IMG/VR virus record: IMGVR_UViG_3300032038_000066
Location: 1 to 64,000 of that record
Length of the DNA stretch: 64,000 bases
Reading direction: 5' to 3' (one strand)
DNA from: a virus
Position 1 is the stretch's first letter. The number at the start of each line of letters is the position of its first letter. The notes beneath the pieces were generated by a model, which had not been told where the DNA came from, did not search any database, and worked only from the letters and a program-made list of their open reading frames with translations. Shown in pieces: positions 55,333 to 64,000 of the stretch. The position numbers were made by a program, and so were the translations under genes.

Positions 55333-56208
55333 ATAATACATTTGATTATATTGAAGTGTTAATTCTGCATTTAGCCAAGGTAACATATTGGGGTCTGAAA
55401 ATACCCTTAAATTTTTTCCTTCGATATTGTCATGTTCAAAGAATACCTCTATCATGCCCTTAATAGTATCACTATCAACGTAATCACTAAATACCATCCA
55501 GTTATCAATACATTCCATTAACAAATCTTTTTTGTATGGTGGATGATACTCGCCCGTACAACTGTTATACCATGCAAAGAAATATAATATCATTTCGGTT
55601 ATTTCTTCCGCTGGCATATCATATGTTCTTTCAGAGCATATATCTTTTATCATTTCAGGAATGACATTGTTGATATATTTATTGTAATCCTTAAATGATT
55701 TCCAAGAAAAAACATTATTGCGTTCTGTAAAAGAACGCTCTATATTATCTATATTACTGTTATCCTTAAATGTATTACTTAATAATGTATTACTTCTCTC
55801 TTCATTATTTGCAATAGGGGTATTTCCTTTTTTGCAATAGGGTATGTCAAAATTTGCACTAGGGTATAATGTTTCAATTTGGCTTGTGTATGTTATCGGG
55901 TCTGTTAATTTCAATATACGCTTATCAATTTGCTTTTTACCTTTTTCGGTTATTTTATATATCAATGTCGATTGAAGGTATCCCCTTTTTACCAAATCTG
56001 GTATTAGCTTTGATACAGAACTTTTTGAAATACCCAAAAAGTCAGCAAAATGTTGATTAGTTGCGTAACATTCTCCGTTTTTCGACAAACTGTTAATCTC
56101 AACAAGTAACCCTTTTTCTACCATAGATAGATTGGAATTGCACCATACCTCTTTAGGAAACCATACACCTTTAAAATCCCTACCGTCAGAAATAACTACT
56201 TTTCCCAT
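55330..56208 (-). CDS. Winged-helix DnaD/replisome-organiser-N-like DNA-binding protein (AT-rich moron inside the tail module)
   Basis: WFPKEVWCNSNLSMVEKGLLVEINSLSKNGECYATNQHFADFLGISKSSVSKLIPDLVKRGYL. Low G+C relative to its neighbours. Flanked by terminators. Confidence 0.5.
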   Translation of the reverse strand: MGKVVISDGRDFKGVWFPKEVWCNSNLSMVEKGLLVEINSLSKNGECYATNQHFADFLGISKSSVSKLIPDLVKRGYLQSTLIYKITEKGKKQIDKRILKLTDPITYTSQIETLYPSANFDIPYCKKGNTPIANNEERSNTLLSNTFKDNSNIDNIERSFTERNNVFSWKSFKDYNKYINNVIPEMIKDICSERTYDMPAEEITEMILYFFAWYNSCTGEYHPPYKKDLLMECIDNWMVFSDYVDSDTIKGMIEVFFEHDNIEGKNLRVFSDPNMLPWLNAELTLQYNQMYY

Positions 56209-56237
56209 ATTGTTTACCTCCGTATGTAAACTCCGTA

Positions 56238-56297
56238 AATAAAAAGTGAGCCAACAGGTACGGAATCCCTGCTTTCGCCCCGTCGGGCTAGGCTCAC
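56238..56297 (-). terminator. Complex GC-rich stem-loop followed by a T-tract, downstream of the tape-measure gene
   Basis: GTGAGCC...GGCTCAC encloses a CCCGACGGGGCGAAAGCAGGG sub-hairpin, then TTTTTATTT on the minus strand. Confidence 0.4.
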
Positions 56298-56323
56298 CAC
56301 CTGATAGTTTAACACATAATCAT

Positions 56324-59300
56324 TTAATATACAAATGCCTGTTGTCCTGTGCGCCTGCTGTACTCCGCGCCCTTGCTACGGGTTACGGCAAATACATCAT
56401 CACCATTTATACCAAACTCCTTTGAAGCGATTTCAGCCAGGTATCTATCCTGTCTATTCATTTCTCGAAGTATCGGCGTGATATACTCACCTACCGCCGT
56501 TGCAACGCCTGACGCTACGCTTGCGACAATCTGATCGTTATTCATAACCGCCGTGTGTGTTCCGATAGTTCCTACAAGTTCGGGTCCTGCTTCTCTGGCC
56601 ATGAATAGCTGTGCGGAAGTCGGCAAACCGCCCTGTGCGTATTTGGCTATATTCTGCCATTTGCCATTGACGAAAACACCGCCATCTTCCTTTTTACCTA
56701 TTCCAAGCCATTTTTTAAATGTATCGGCACCATTCCCAAGCCAACCCTTGACAAGTTTGATACCGATTTCAACAGTACCACCAAGATAATCTTTAACCCA
56801 TTTAGCTACCGTAGTCCAATCATCTTTCTTAAGACCTATTGCTTTTGATATAGCTGAACCCCATCTACTAGGGGTCGTTATCCACCCTGATACGGTAGAC
56901 CATCCAGAAGAAGTCTTTAACCCAACTGGCTTATCTTTTAATTCTTTGCCCCATTGTGAGGCTTTCTCAATCCAACCTTTAACCGTTGTCCATGCTTTAG
57001 AAGTTTTAAGGCTTACGGCTTTTGATTTTAAATCAGTACCCCATTGCTTTGCATCTTCAATCCAACCTTTAACCGTTTTCCATGCGGATGTCTTTTTCAA
57101 GCCAACAGCTTTTTCTTTTAATTCACCGCCCCATTGCTTCGCGTTTTCAATCCACTTTTTAACGGTGCCAAAAGTTGAGCTGCCAAGGTTTACAGCTTTC
57201 TTCTTTAGTTCCGCGCCCCATTGTGCTTTGTCTTCGACCCAATCTTTAATGGTTTTCCATTTGGATTTTCCAATTTTGACAAGTTTCTCTTTTAAGTCCT
57301 TGCCCCATTGCGCCCTATCTTCTACCCATGCTTTTACGGATTTCCAACCCTTTTTAGCAAGGTCAACAATAACGCTAATATTGATTTTTTGACTTCCTAT
57401 TCCTGTCTTTACACCCTCTTTAGCGTTTTTTCCTGCCTGTTCACCTTTCTTTGTTGCTCCCTCTGCAATAATAGGTGGAAACAGCCAATCAATAATATCC
57501 AAATTAGATATTTCGGGAAATTTTATACCTTTAACTGCACCTTCCGCATAACTATCAACCGCTTTTTGCAAAGGGTCAACATAAGGAGTAGTGCCTTTTT
57601 CGGCTTTTGTAGTTGGTGTTGATTGAGCTTTCTTAATGGATTCTTCTCTATTGGAATGTTCTGCCATCCATTTTTCATTTTCTTCTGGGTTTTTACGGTG
57701 CTCATATTCCATTTCCGCACCAATGGTAATGGCTAATGCAATCCATGGTAAGCCATTCTTCATAACTAACGTCAATGCGTTTGTGCTTACCCCTAACAAT
57801 CCTGCTATCCAATTTTTGAGAGAACCACCCGTAATTGCTACAAGCGCACCCTCTGCAAGTGTGGTAGTGATTTTGTCAATCACTAACTTTAATACAGGAA
57901 TAACAAGGCTTGACCCCATTTCTGCGCCTATTGCAGTGGCTAACTTTTTAGCTTTACGGGCAATTAAGGCTGTTCCGATAAGTGCTATTATTGTGTCTAC
58001 TTCCAAATCCTTAAAGAACTGCTTTAAACCTTTTGCTATACCTTTTAACAGCTTATCCCATTTAATGTTACCTAAAGCCGCTGTGACAGTATCTACAATG
58101 CCGTTTAGTGACTCTGCAATAGAACCACCTAAAGCCTCCCAACCCGTAAGACCTGTTGTTTTATCGACCTTGTCAAGTCCTTCTAGCGCACCGTTTACGC
58201 CGTCTGAAATCTTTGTGCCTAAAAGCACCCAATTTGCCTTATCGGATACCACGGCATAAAGCGTATTAGCAAGACCGCCTACAAACTTACCGAATGTTTT
58301 ACCCGTAAGACCTGCATCCCAATCTTTCAAGAAAGACTTGATACCTGTTGCAAGTGCTTTACCAAAAGCACCAAACTTGAATTTACTAGCAAACGCATCA
58401 CCTGCATTGAATACGGTATTTACCGCACCTGCTACCGTGGAACCCAAGTTTTTGAACAATCTCTCGCCTGACGTACCCGTGAAGAGTCCGTTCATAAAGT
58501 CGGCAAGACCCGTTCCAAAGCCTCTGGCTTTTTCGTAAATCTTATCCCAATCTATATTTTCCATAGCATTTGACAATGCATCCGCTATGGCTTGCCCTAA
58601 CTCTTCAAGGTTGTCTATCTCGCTTTCAAACAGACCTTGTGTCCTTTTCAGTTTTGCGGAAACGTCTCCCGAATCGGCACCAGTACCACCGCCGCCACCG
58701 CCTGACCCGGAACCACCGCCACCGCCACCATTGCCACCTCCTGCACTATCTTTAGGTGTGGTAATGACATTCAGCTTATCAAAACTCATAAGCTGTTCTT
58801 TTAAGTCTTTTGCGTTTTTGGCTGCGTCACCCAATCCATTAGCGGCGTTGCCTGCATTATCAGCGAGACCGCCCACGGCATCTTCTGATACACCAAGATC
58901 ATCACTAATCGCGCCTGCTGACATTTCAAGTTTCCACCCAAATATCTTTCCAAGTGCATTTACGACCATCTGTGCAAAGGAAATGACCTTCTGCAAAAAG
59001 CTATTCATACCCCTTAAAGCAGGTTTCAACGCTTGTATAAGACCAGAACCGATAACAGTACCCAACTGTTGGAAGTTCTGTTTGAGCATCCTCACCTGAT
59101 TAGCCCACGAATTTGACGTGTCTGCAAAGTCACCCATTATATCTTTTGAACGTGACATAACATATTGATACCGCAACATGGTCTTTTCAGCCTGCGACAT
59201 GGTTTTTATGTTTGCGTTCATGCCGTTATTTAACGCCCATTCTTTTAGCGTTGCTTCTGTCAAATCCATACCAAAAGCACGTAACGGACGTGTCTGACCC

Positions 59301-61219
59301 GTGAATATAGAGGATAACTTCTCTGATACTACGTCCTGTTCCACGTTATAGAACGAAGCTAGATCACCTGTCAGCTTTGTCAAGTTAATGGACATATCAG
59401 CCATGGCATTGCCAGACCCTTTATAAAGGGCGTTATTTTTAGCAAGGTATTCATGCGCACTTTTGACCTGCGCATTGTAGATACCCATTGCCTTACCCAT
59501 GGCTTGAAAGCGGCTTGAAACGTCTTTTACCGTCAATTCTGACATACCAAAATCAGGTATTGACGTTTTCGCCATTTCTTCAACAAGATTTTTGTAATCT
59601 CCGAATGTCTTATCTACTACGTTCTGTACTTCCGTAACGTCTGCGGAAATATCAATAGACTTTTTCAGAAGTCCAAACGCCCTAAAGAGCATCCAGTATG
59701 TAGCATAGACTTTACCAATGACGGACGCTAAACCCCTACCGCTTTTAGCCTGCCTGTTAAAGATACCGCCAAGCCTTGACATTCCATTGCGGCTACTTGC
59801 CATGTTGCGTGTCATAGTGTTCAGCTTTCCACCCTGACTAGCAAGGTTAGCCAAACCGTTTGCAAGATTACCTGCGTTCTTTATGGCACTTGGCGAAGCG
59901 TTCAAGGTTTGTATCATTTCCTTTAATGCTTTTGTAAGTTGCGGTATGTTTTTCGTTGCGTCTTGTACTTTTTTACGCCCTAACAGATTGAGCGCATTTG
60001 CAAAGTTTGTGATATTTTCAACATTTGGCAATCTTATATCTGCCAACTCCTGAAGCTGTTGCAATCCCTTTGCTAATGCCGGGAATGACGATACAGACGC
60101 TTGAACCTTTTTCCCCGACAGTTTACCAATGCCCTTTACAAATTCAGCCATACCCTCTAAATTGGGTAAAGCACCGTTGAAGCCGTTGAAAGCCTTTAAG
60201 CCATTAGCGATACTTGAAAGCACCATGCCGGGATTTTCTCCGACCTTATTAAGCCTGATAACGGCATTTGTAAGCTGTGTAACGCCTGCTATGCTTTCAG
60301 TAGGTATAGTAAGCCCACCGAACTGTTTTAGGCTGTCTATAATGCCTTGGAACGGATTTTCCGAGGTAATATTAGATACCACATTTGAAAACTGTTGTGC
60401 GGATTCCGTAGCATTATCTAACTGAATAGGAATATCCCCAAGCCAATCATCACCATCAAATGTCATATCATCCGTGATCATTAACTCGTTGCCTGCTTCT
60501 TTCAAGTCAGCTTCTAACACTTTTATCTTCTCATCACAATCCGTTATTTCACGTGACAAGTTACGAAGAATTTCACCCAACGCACGATATACTTCTAAAT
60601 CGTTGTCGATATGGTCTATATTACCTGCACCGCTCCAACGAATAGCATCCGCTATTTCCGCTTCACCGCTTGAACCGCCGGATACCATTTTTTTAATACC
60701 GATAAAGCCGCGTAACTCTTTACCTAAATCCCCTAACTCACTAAAAAAACCCGAGGGTATGTTCAATGTTTCAGGTAACATATCCCGGAGTGTTTCTTTA
60801 GTTGCCATAGCTTGCGCTCTAACTTCTTCAAGTTTTGATTTTTCAGCTTGTAATTCTTCAACGGATTTTTTAGTCGAAAGACTATTTAAAGATTCAGCAG
60901 ATTTACTTGCCCCCTGTTGAATGACGGCAAAGTTTCTGCCTAATGAACTCAATGTTTTGCCAGATACGGCTATTGCCTTTATAGATTTTACTACGTCACG
61001 GAGTTTACCCGTGTCCATGGTGGAAATGGCAGAGTTAAGGTTGGACAGACCCGTAGCCATTGATGTAACACCTGACACGTCAATATTGCGTGAATTTAAC
61101 CCATTCAAGGCACCGCTCAATGTTAAAAGTTTTTGAGTCAGTTTGTCAATCTCATCTTTCGCGCTTTTCGATTCCGCATTTATCTTAATTTTCAGGTTAT
61201 CAACGCTACCCTCTGCCAT
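56324..61219 (-). CDS. Tail tape measure protein
   Basis: 1631 aa. Long helical N-terminus, a Gly run (GGGNGGGGGGSGSGGGGGGTG), TM segments, and at least six C-terminal tandem 29-aa repeats (W-TVKGWIEDAKQWG-ELK-KAVGLK). Confidence 0.85.
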   Translation of the reverse strand: MAEGSVDNLKIKINAESKSAKDEIDKLTQKLLTLSGALNGLNSRNIDVSGVTSMATGLSNLNSAISTMDTGKLRDVVKSIKAIAVSGKTLSSLGRNFAVIQQGASKSAESLNSLSTKKSVEELQAEKSKLEEVRAQAMATKETLRDMLPETLNIPSGFFSELGDLGKELRGFIGIKKMVSGGSSGEAEIADAIRWSGAGNIDHIDNDLEVYRALGEILRNLSREITDCDEKIKVLEADLKEAGNELMITDDMTFDGDDWLGDIPIQLDNATESAQQFSNVVSNITSENPFQGIIDSLKQFGGLTIPTESIAGVTQLTNAVIRLNKVGENPGMVLSSIANGLKAFNGFNGALPNLEGMAEFVKGIGKLSGKKVQASVSSFPALAKGLQQLQELADIRLPNVENITNFANALNLLGRKKVQDATKNIPQLTKALKEMIQTLNASPSAIKNAGNLANGLANLASQGGKLNTMTRNMASSRNGMSRLGGIFNRQAKSGRGLASVIGKVYATYWMLFRAFGLLKKSIDISADVTEVQNVVDKTFGDYKNLVEEMAKTSIPDFGMSELTVKDVSSRFQAMGKAMGIYNAQVKSAHEYLAKNNALYKGSGNAMADMSINLTKLTGDLASFYNVEQDVVSEKLSSIFTGQTRPLRAFGMDLTEATLKEWALNNGMNANIKTMSQAEKTMLRYQYVMSRSKDIMGDFADTSNSWANQVRMLKQNFQQLGTVIGSGLIQALKPALRGMNSFLQKVISFAQMVVNALGKIFGWKLEMSAGAISDDLGVSEDAVGGLADNAGNAANGLGDAAKNAKDLKEQLMSFDKLNVITTPKDSAGGGNGGGGGGSGSGGGGGGTGADSGDVSAKLKRTQGLFESEIDNLEELGQAIADALSNAMENIDWDKIYEKARGFGTGLADFMNGLFTGTSGERLFKNLGSTVAGAVNTVFNAGDAFASKFKFGAFGKALATGIKSFLKDWDAGLTGKTFGKFVGGLANTLYAVVSDKANWVLLGTKISDGVNGALEGLDKVDKTTGLTGWEALGGSIAESLNGIVDTVTAALGNIKWDKLLKGIAKGLKQFFKDLEVDTIIALIGTALIARKAKKLATAIGAEMGSSLVIPVLKLVIDKITTTLAEGALVAITGGSLKNWIAGLLGVSTNALTLVMKNGLPWIALAITIGAEMEYEHRKNPEENEKWMAEHSNREESIKKAQSTPTTKAEKGTTPYVDPLQKAVDSYAEGAVKGIKFPEISNLDIIDWLFPPIIAEGATKKGEQAGKNAKEGVKTGIGSQKINISVIVDLAKKGWKSVKAWVEDRAQWGKDLKEKLVKIGKSKWKTIKDWVEDKAQWGAELKKKAVNLGSSTFGTVKKWIENAKQWGGELKEKAVGLKKTSAWKTVKGWIEDAKQWGTDLKSKAVSLKTSKAWTTVKGWIEKASQWGKELKDKPVGLKTSSGWSTVSGWITTPSRWGSAISKAIGLKKDDWTTVAKWVKDYLGGTVEIGIKLVKGWLGNGADTFKKWLGIGKKEDGGVFVNGKWQNIAKYAQGGLPTSAQLFMAREAGPELVGTIGTHTAVMNNDQIVASVASGVATAVGEYITPILREMNRQDRYLAEIASKEFGINGDDVFAVTRSKGAEYSRRTGQQAFVY
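56830..57370. repeat. Tandem coding repeats, about 87 nt, six or more copies, in the 3' part of the tape-measure gene
   Basis: Periodic protein motif. Antisense ORF 56946..57392 shows the same periodicity (PHC-SSIQPLTVFH). Confidence 0.5.
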
Positions 61220-61233
61220 GATGACACCTCACG

Positions 61234-61554
61234 CTATTTTTTATCTTTATGTGTTTCATTGAAAACTTTCATGGATAATTCTAAATTCTTCATTATCGCC
61301 ATGCCGTTTTCATATTCGATTTCCTCTGTCGGTCTGTGCGCCTCTTCGTATTCCTGTGTATACGTCTTTGTACGCCACTCTATGTGTTGTTTGCCAAATG
61401 TATTGGCTATTGATATTGTGACCGCCTCACGGATGTATGACGCTTGTATGAGCATATTTACGTCACGCTGTCTTTCGCGTATCTCATATGCCTTATTAAA
61501 CGCTTTCAACTTTTTCGGGCTTAAATGCCAAAACAGTTTATAGTCAACACCCAT
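61234..61554 (-). CDS. Tail assembly chaperone, frameshift-extension (T-like) segment
   Basis: ORF in the -1 frame relative to 61587..62078. That frame is open back through the overlap to the GAAAAAG site. Confidence 0.5.
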   Translation of the reverse strand: MGVDYKLFWHLSPKKLKAFNKAYEIRERQRDVNMLIQASYIREAVTISIANTFGKQHIEWRTKTYTQEYEEAHRPTEEIEYENGMAIMKNLELSMKVFNETHKDKK

Positions 61555-61586
61555 GACAAGGGAATTTGGCAGAATATCATCAAATA

Positions 61587-62078
61587 CTATTTCTCGCCAT
61601 CCTTTTTCTTTGTCCTTGCTGTTTTCTTCGGCGTAACTGTTTCTATCCCCTGTGTCTGCATCATCTCTTCCAGACCGATCATTCCGAAAAAATCATCATC
61701 GCCCATGCACTCTAAACATAGGTTGAATATATCCATCCATGAACCCTTGCCGGATTCTTTGTTTTCTGCGTTATATTTTCTAAATAGTGAATACACGGCT
61801 TTCTTGTCGGGTATTGTCATATCCGATGTTTCGCCTGCATATTCTCCTGTTCCATGATGTTCTAACAAGCCTGCATAAAACACGGTTGCAGCTACCTTGG
61901 GTAAACCGCCCATGATTGCGACCTGCTCTAACATTGCTTCTCTTGTGTTTTCGTTTTCTGACCCCATTGCAATGGTGCCTATAAGACCCACAATAGACGT
62001 GATACATTCTTCATAAAGCGAAGCGCCTATTGTGTATTCAAGTGTGTATTCTTTTCCGTCAATAGTTATATTCTTCAT
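61587..62078 (-). CDS. Tail assembly chaperone (G-like)
   Basis: 163 aa, acidic, immediately upstream of the tape-measure gene. Ends ...TKKKDGEK, with the slippery AAG AAA AAG six codons before the stop. Confidence 0.55.
   Translation of the reverse strand: MKNITIDGKEYTLEYTIGASLYEECITSIVGLIGTIAMGSENENTREAMLEQVAIMGGLPKVAATVFYAGLLEHHGTGEYAGETSDMTIPDKKAVYSLFRKYNAENKESGKGSWMDIFNLCLECMGDDDFFGMIGLEEMMQTQGIETVTPKKTARTKKKDGEK
61602..61611 (-). promoter_or_regulatory. Candidate -1 programmed ribosomal frameshift site (G AAA AAG) joining the two tail-chaperone ORFs
   Basis: ACA AAG AAA AAG GAT in frame 0. The -1 frame is open from here into ORF 61234..61554. Confidence 0.4.
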
Positions 62079-62155
62079 AGCATTGCCCTCCTATGCTAAT
62101 AAAAAAAGGGGCAGACAACACGCCTGCCCCTATGCTTTTGTATCTGTTCGGTCAA

Positions 62156-62662
62156 TTAGTTTCCACCGCCTGTTATATTAGGATTGTCGGTTACGGTTAC
62201 CGCTGTGCCATAGCCCTTGTACTCAACAATGGTTATAGGCATTTCAACGGTAAGAAGTCCGTTCTGTGCCATTTCAGGCTGTGGTATTTCTTCGGGTACT
62301 TCACCAATGAAGAAAAACCCTTTAGTAAGCTGTGGCTGTTTTGTCTGGAACCACATCTGCTTACCACCTGTAAGAGCCTTGAACTCGGATATTACATCCT
62401 CCCACTCATCCGCTGTCTCATCGGTGAAATTTATTGTGATCGAAACCTGCTCCCCTGTATCGGCGCGACCTTTGATCGTCCTTGTCACCTCGTCTTCCAG
62501 AGCCGATGCGTCTATGGTTGCCGGGTTGATAGTGATACCACCGATAGCATTTATTCTGTCAAGCCTGTAAAAAGTGCTAGGCTTTGTACCTGCTGTGGTT
62601 TCTACGCCATAGCTGAAAGTAACGCCCAAAGTTGAACGACCTGCAATACTTGCTACTGCCAT
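62156..62662 (-). CDS. Major tail protein
   Basis: 168 aa, beta-rich, Thr/Gly-rich, positioned upstream of the chaperone pair. Confidence 0.5.
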   Translation of the reverse strand: MAVASIAGRSTLGVTFSYGVETTAGTKPSTFYRLDRINAIGGITINPATIDASALEDEVTRTIKGRADTGEQVSITINFTDETADEWEDVISEFKALTGGKQMWFQTKQPQLTKGFFFIGEVPEEIPQPEMAQNGLLTVEMPITIVEYKGYGTAVTVTDNPNITGGGN

Positions 62663-62724
62663 CTTTATACCTCCTTCTTGTAATAAAAAAGACAGCCCGT
62701 AAGCTGTCCGTTAAAAGTGCTATA

Positions 62725-63138
62725 TCAAAAGACTTCATCATCACAACCGATGACACGTCTAAATCTTGAAATACTTCTGCGGATATTTTCACCCTCTTTT
62801 AGATAAGTGGGTAAAGCCACCGCATTAAACCTCATCTGCTTCATTAAAAGCGTTGCCGTTGCTGTTATATCTTTGTTCTCCGATAGAGAGTCATTAGTTA
62901 TGACCTGCACTTCAATAGTTTCCATAACGGCATTGATACCGCTATTATCCAAATCGTTGCCCGTCTCTATCTGTGAAATTTCATGGAAAAACACCGTAGG
63001 AAATTCTGTGGGTGTATTGTTCATTTCTTCCATGGGGAAATTAAAAGTATAATCCGGCAAGGCTTTTTGCAACCTTGTCATAAAATAAGACCGATACTTA
63101 CTTTCCACCTCATGAAACCACTTCGCATTACTGCTCAT
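62725..63138 (-). CDS. Tail completion / tail-terminator-like protein
   Basis: 137-aa ORF upstream of the major tail gene. Assigned by position only. Confidence 0.35.
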   Translation of the reverse strand: MSSNAKWFHEVESKYRSYFMTRLQKALPDYTFNFPMEEMNNTPTEFPTVFFHEISQIETGNDLDNSGINAVMETIEVQVITNDSLSENKDITATATLLMKQMRFNAVALPTYLKEGENIRRSISRFRRVIGCDDEVF

Positions 63139-63707
63139 TGTGAAAATACCTCTTTTGCTATCTTATTCATTTGAGAAATCATTTCTTCCATGGCCTGCAT
63201 CATTGGACGTGTCGGTTTAATAGCTGTCGCTGTCTGGCGTACAACCTTACCGTTTGCATCACGTTCCAAGAAATACCACTCTGTATCATTGGCATGTCCG
63301 TATTGTGAATTGGTTCCTTGGCCGCCTGTGACACCAAACACATTAGTAGGTGGTAAGGCAAGACCTGCGGTTCCGAACTCAAGGGCTTTGAGGGCATTGA
63401 GAGAACCATGTTTCTCATCATGCGCTCCCCACGTAACATCAAACTCCATTCCCACACCAACAATGAACCCATCATATCCGTCAATGGATTGTTCAAATTC
63501 CTTGGTGTAGTAAACGTAATTCTCCATCTTGTGAGTGCCAAACGTACCCGATATACCTGGAACCGATTCAGCCCGTGTAATACCAATATCAAGTAGCTTT
63601 TGCACAAACAATTCTGCTTTATCGTCTAAACTGTCCTTGTATTCGTTCAAATCGTCTATCAGCTTATTTATTCCGCTTTCGCTCAAATCTACTTTAAACT
63701 CACGCAT
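63135..63707 (-). CDS. Hypothetical head-tail joining/neck-region protein
   Basis: 190-aa ORF. Assigned by position only. Confidence 0.3.
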   Translation of the reverse strand: MREFKVDLSESGINKLIDDLNEYKDSLDDKAELFVQKLLDIGITRAESVPGISGTFGTHKMENYVYYTKEFEQSIDGYDGFIVGVGMEFDVTWGAHDEKHGSLNALKALEFGTAGLALPPTNVFGVTGGQGTNSQYGHANDTEWYFLERDANGKVVRQTATAIKPTRPMMQAMEEMISQMNKIAKEVFSQ

Positions 63708-63972
63708 TATGTACTATCCTTTGTAAAAGGTAAACCGTATCCGTAAGTCCTTCCGCAATCTTCACAACACGGAAATCTGCGGACGATTCTTTTAAATTAC
63801 CGCTACTGTCATACTGTGGATTGCTTTCCTTGAATATCAGGCTTGTTTCCGTAACAGGTATCTTGCCATTTGACAACACCATCTTGCTATCATATGACCC
63901 TATCGAAACGCCAAACACTTCTGCTTCGGACGAACTGCCCTGAAATACAATGTTTGCCATAAATTCTACCAA
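63700..63972 (-). CDS. Hypothetical structural protein (5' end may extend beyond the listed start)
   Basis: 90-aa ORF near the window edge. Confidence 0.3.
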   Translation of the reverse strand: MVEFMANIVFQGSSSEAEVFGVSIGSYDSKMVLSNGKIPVTETSLIFKESNPQYDSSGNLKESSADFRVVKIAEGLTDTVYLLQRIVHNA

Positions 63973-64000
63973 TTCACCGAAACCGCTTTTATAATCAACA

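Noticed and set aside
56349-61136. Multiple plus-strand ORFs inside the tape-measure region (for example 56946..57392, 57636..58259, 58587..59099, 60474..60920)
   Set aside because: Antisense to the 1631-aa tape-measure gene. Their repeat periodicity mirrors the tape-measure protein repeats.
1-64000. CRISPR arrays, rRNA genes, transposase or insertion-sequence elements
   Set aside because: No arrays of short identical direct repeats with unique spacers were seen. No rRNA-like segments or transposase motifs (DDE or serine recombinase) were found. The only recombinase is the tyrosine integrase.

Overview
The whole 64 kb window looks like one temperate siphovirus-like phage genome, most plausibly from a Firmicutes host. 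This rests on a SleB/CwlJ-type hydrolase, PBSX-like XkdX/XhlA genes and a Gram-positive style ImmR/ImmA switch. Almost all genes are on the minus strand. Read in the direction of transcription (high to low coordinates), the order is: tail module (62.7-56.3 kb: tail chaperones with a -1 frameshift site, major tail protein, 1631-aa tape measure protein); an AT-rich winged-helix moron; tail spike with a self-cleaving S74 chaperone domain; holin and M15 endolysin; tail fibres with tandem repeats; a duplicated, partly decayed receptor-binding cassette interrupted by a GIY-YIG homing endonuclease; XkdX/XhlA-like genes; a terminator-bounded accessory operon (44.1-41.0 kb); the attP region next to a plus-strand tyrosine integrase; a lysogeny switch (XRE repressor, ImmA-like metalloprotease, membrane-anchored candidate exclusion protein, divergent Cro-like and Xis-like genes); a long early region with a recombination module (RecT, SbcC/Rad50-like ATPase), a putative DNA-modification cassette (methyltransferase, SF2 helicase, PAPS-reductase-like PP-loop protein, MBL-fold protein, radical-SAM protein, flanked by two HNH/AP2-like paralogues), SSB, replisome organiser, RNase H and primase-polymerase/helicase; a papain-like protease and many small Cys-rich proteins; one large plus-strand gene behind a consensus sigma-70 promoter and followed by an A+C-rich region with phased repeats; a glycosyltransferase, dUTPase and nucleotidyltransferase cluster; an SPFH gene; and a 3'-truncated large terminase at the left edge. 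Terminase at one edge and tail genes at the other imply a circular or permuted phage genome whose portal and head genes lie outside the window. No rRNA, canonical tRNA or CRISPR array was found. All functional calls are based on motifs read directly from the translations; no database search was run.
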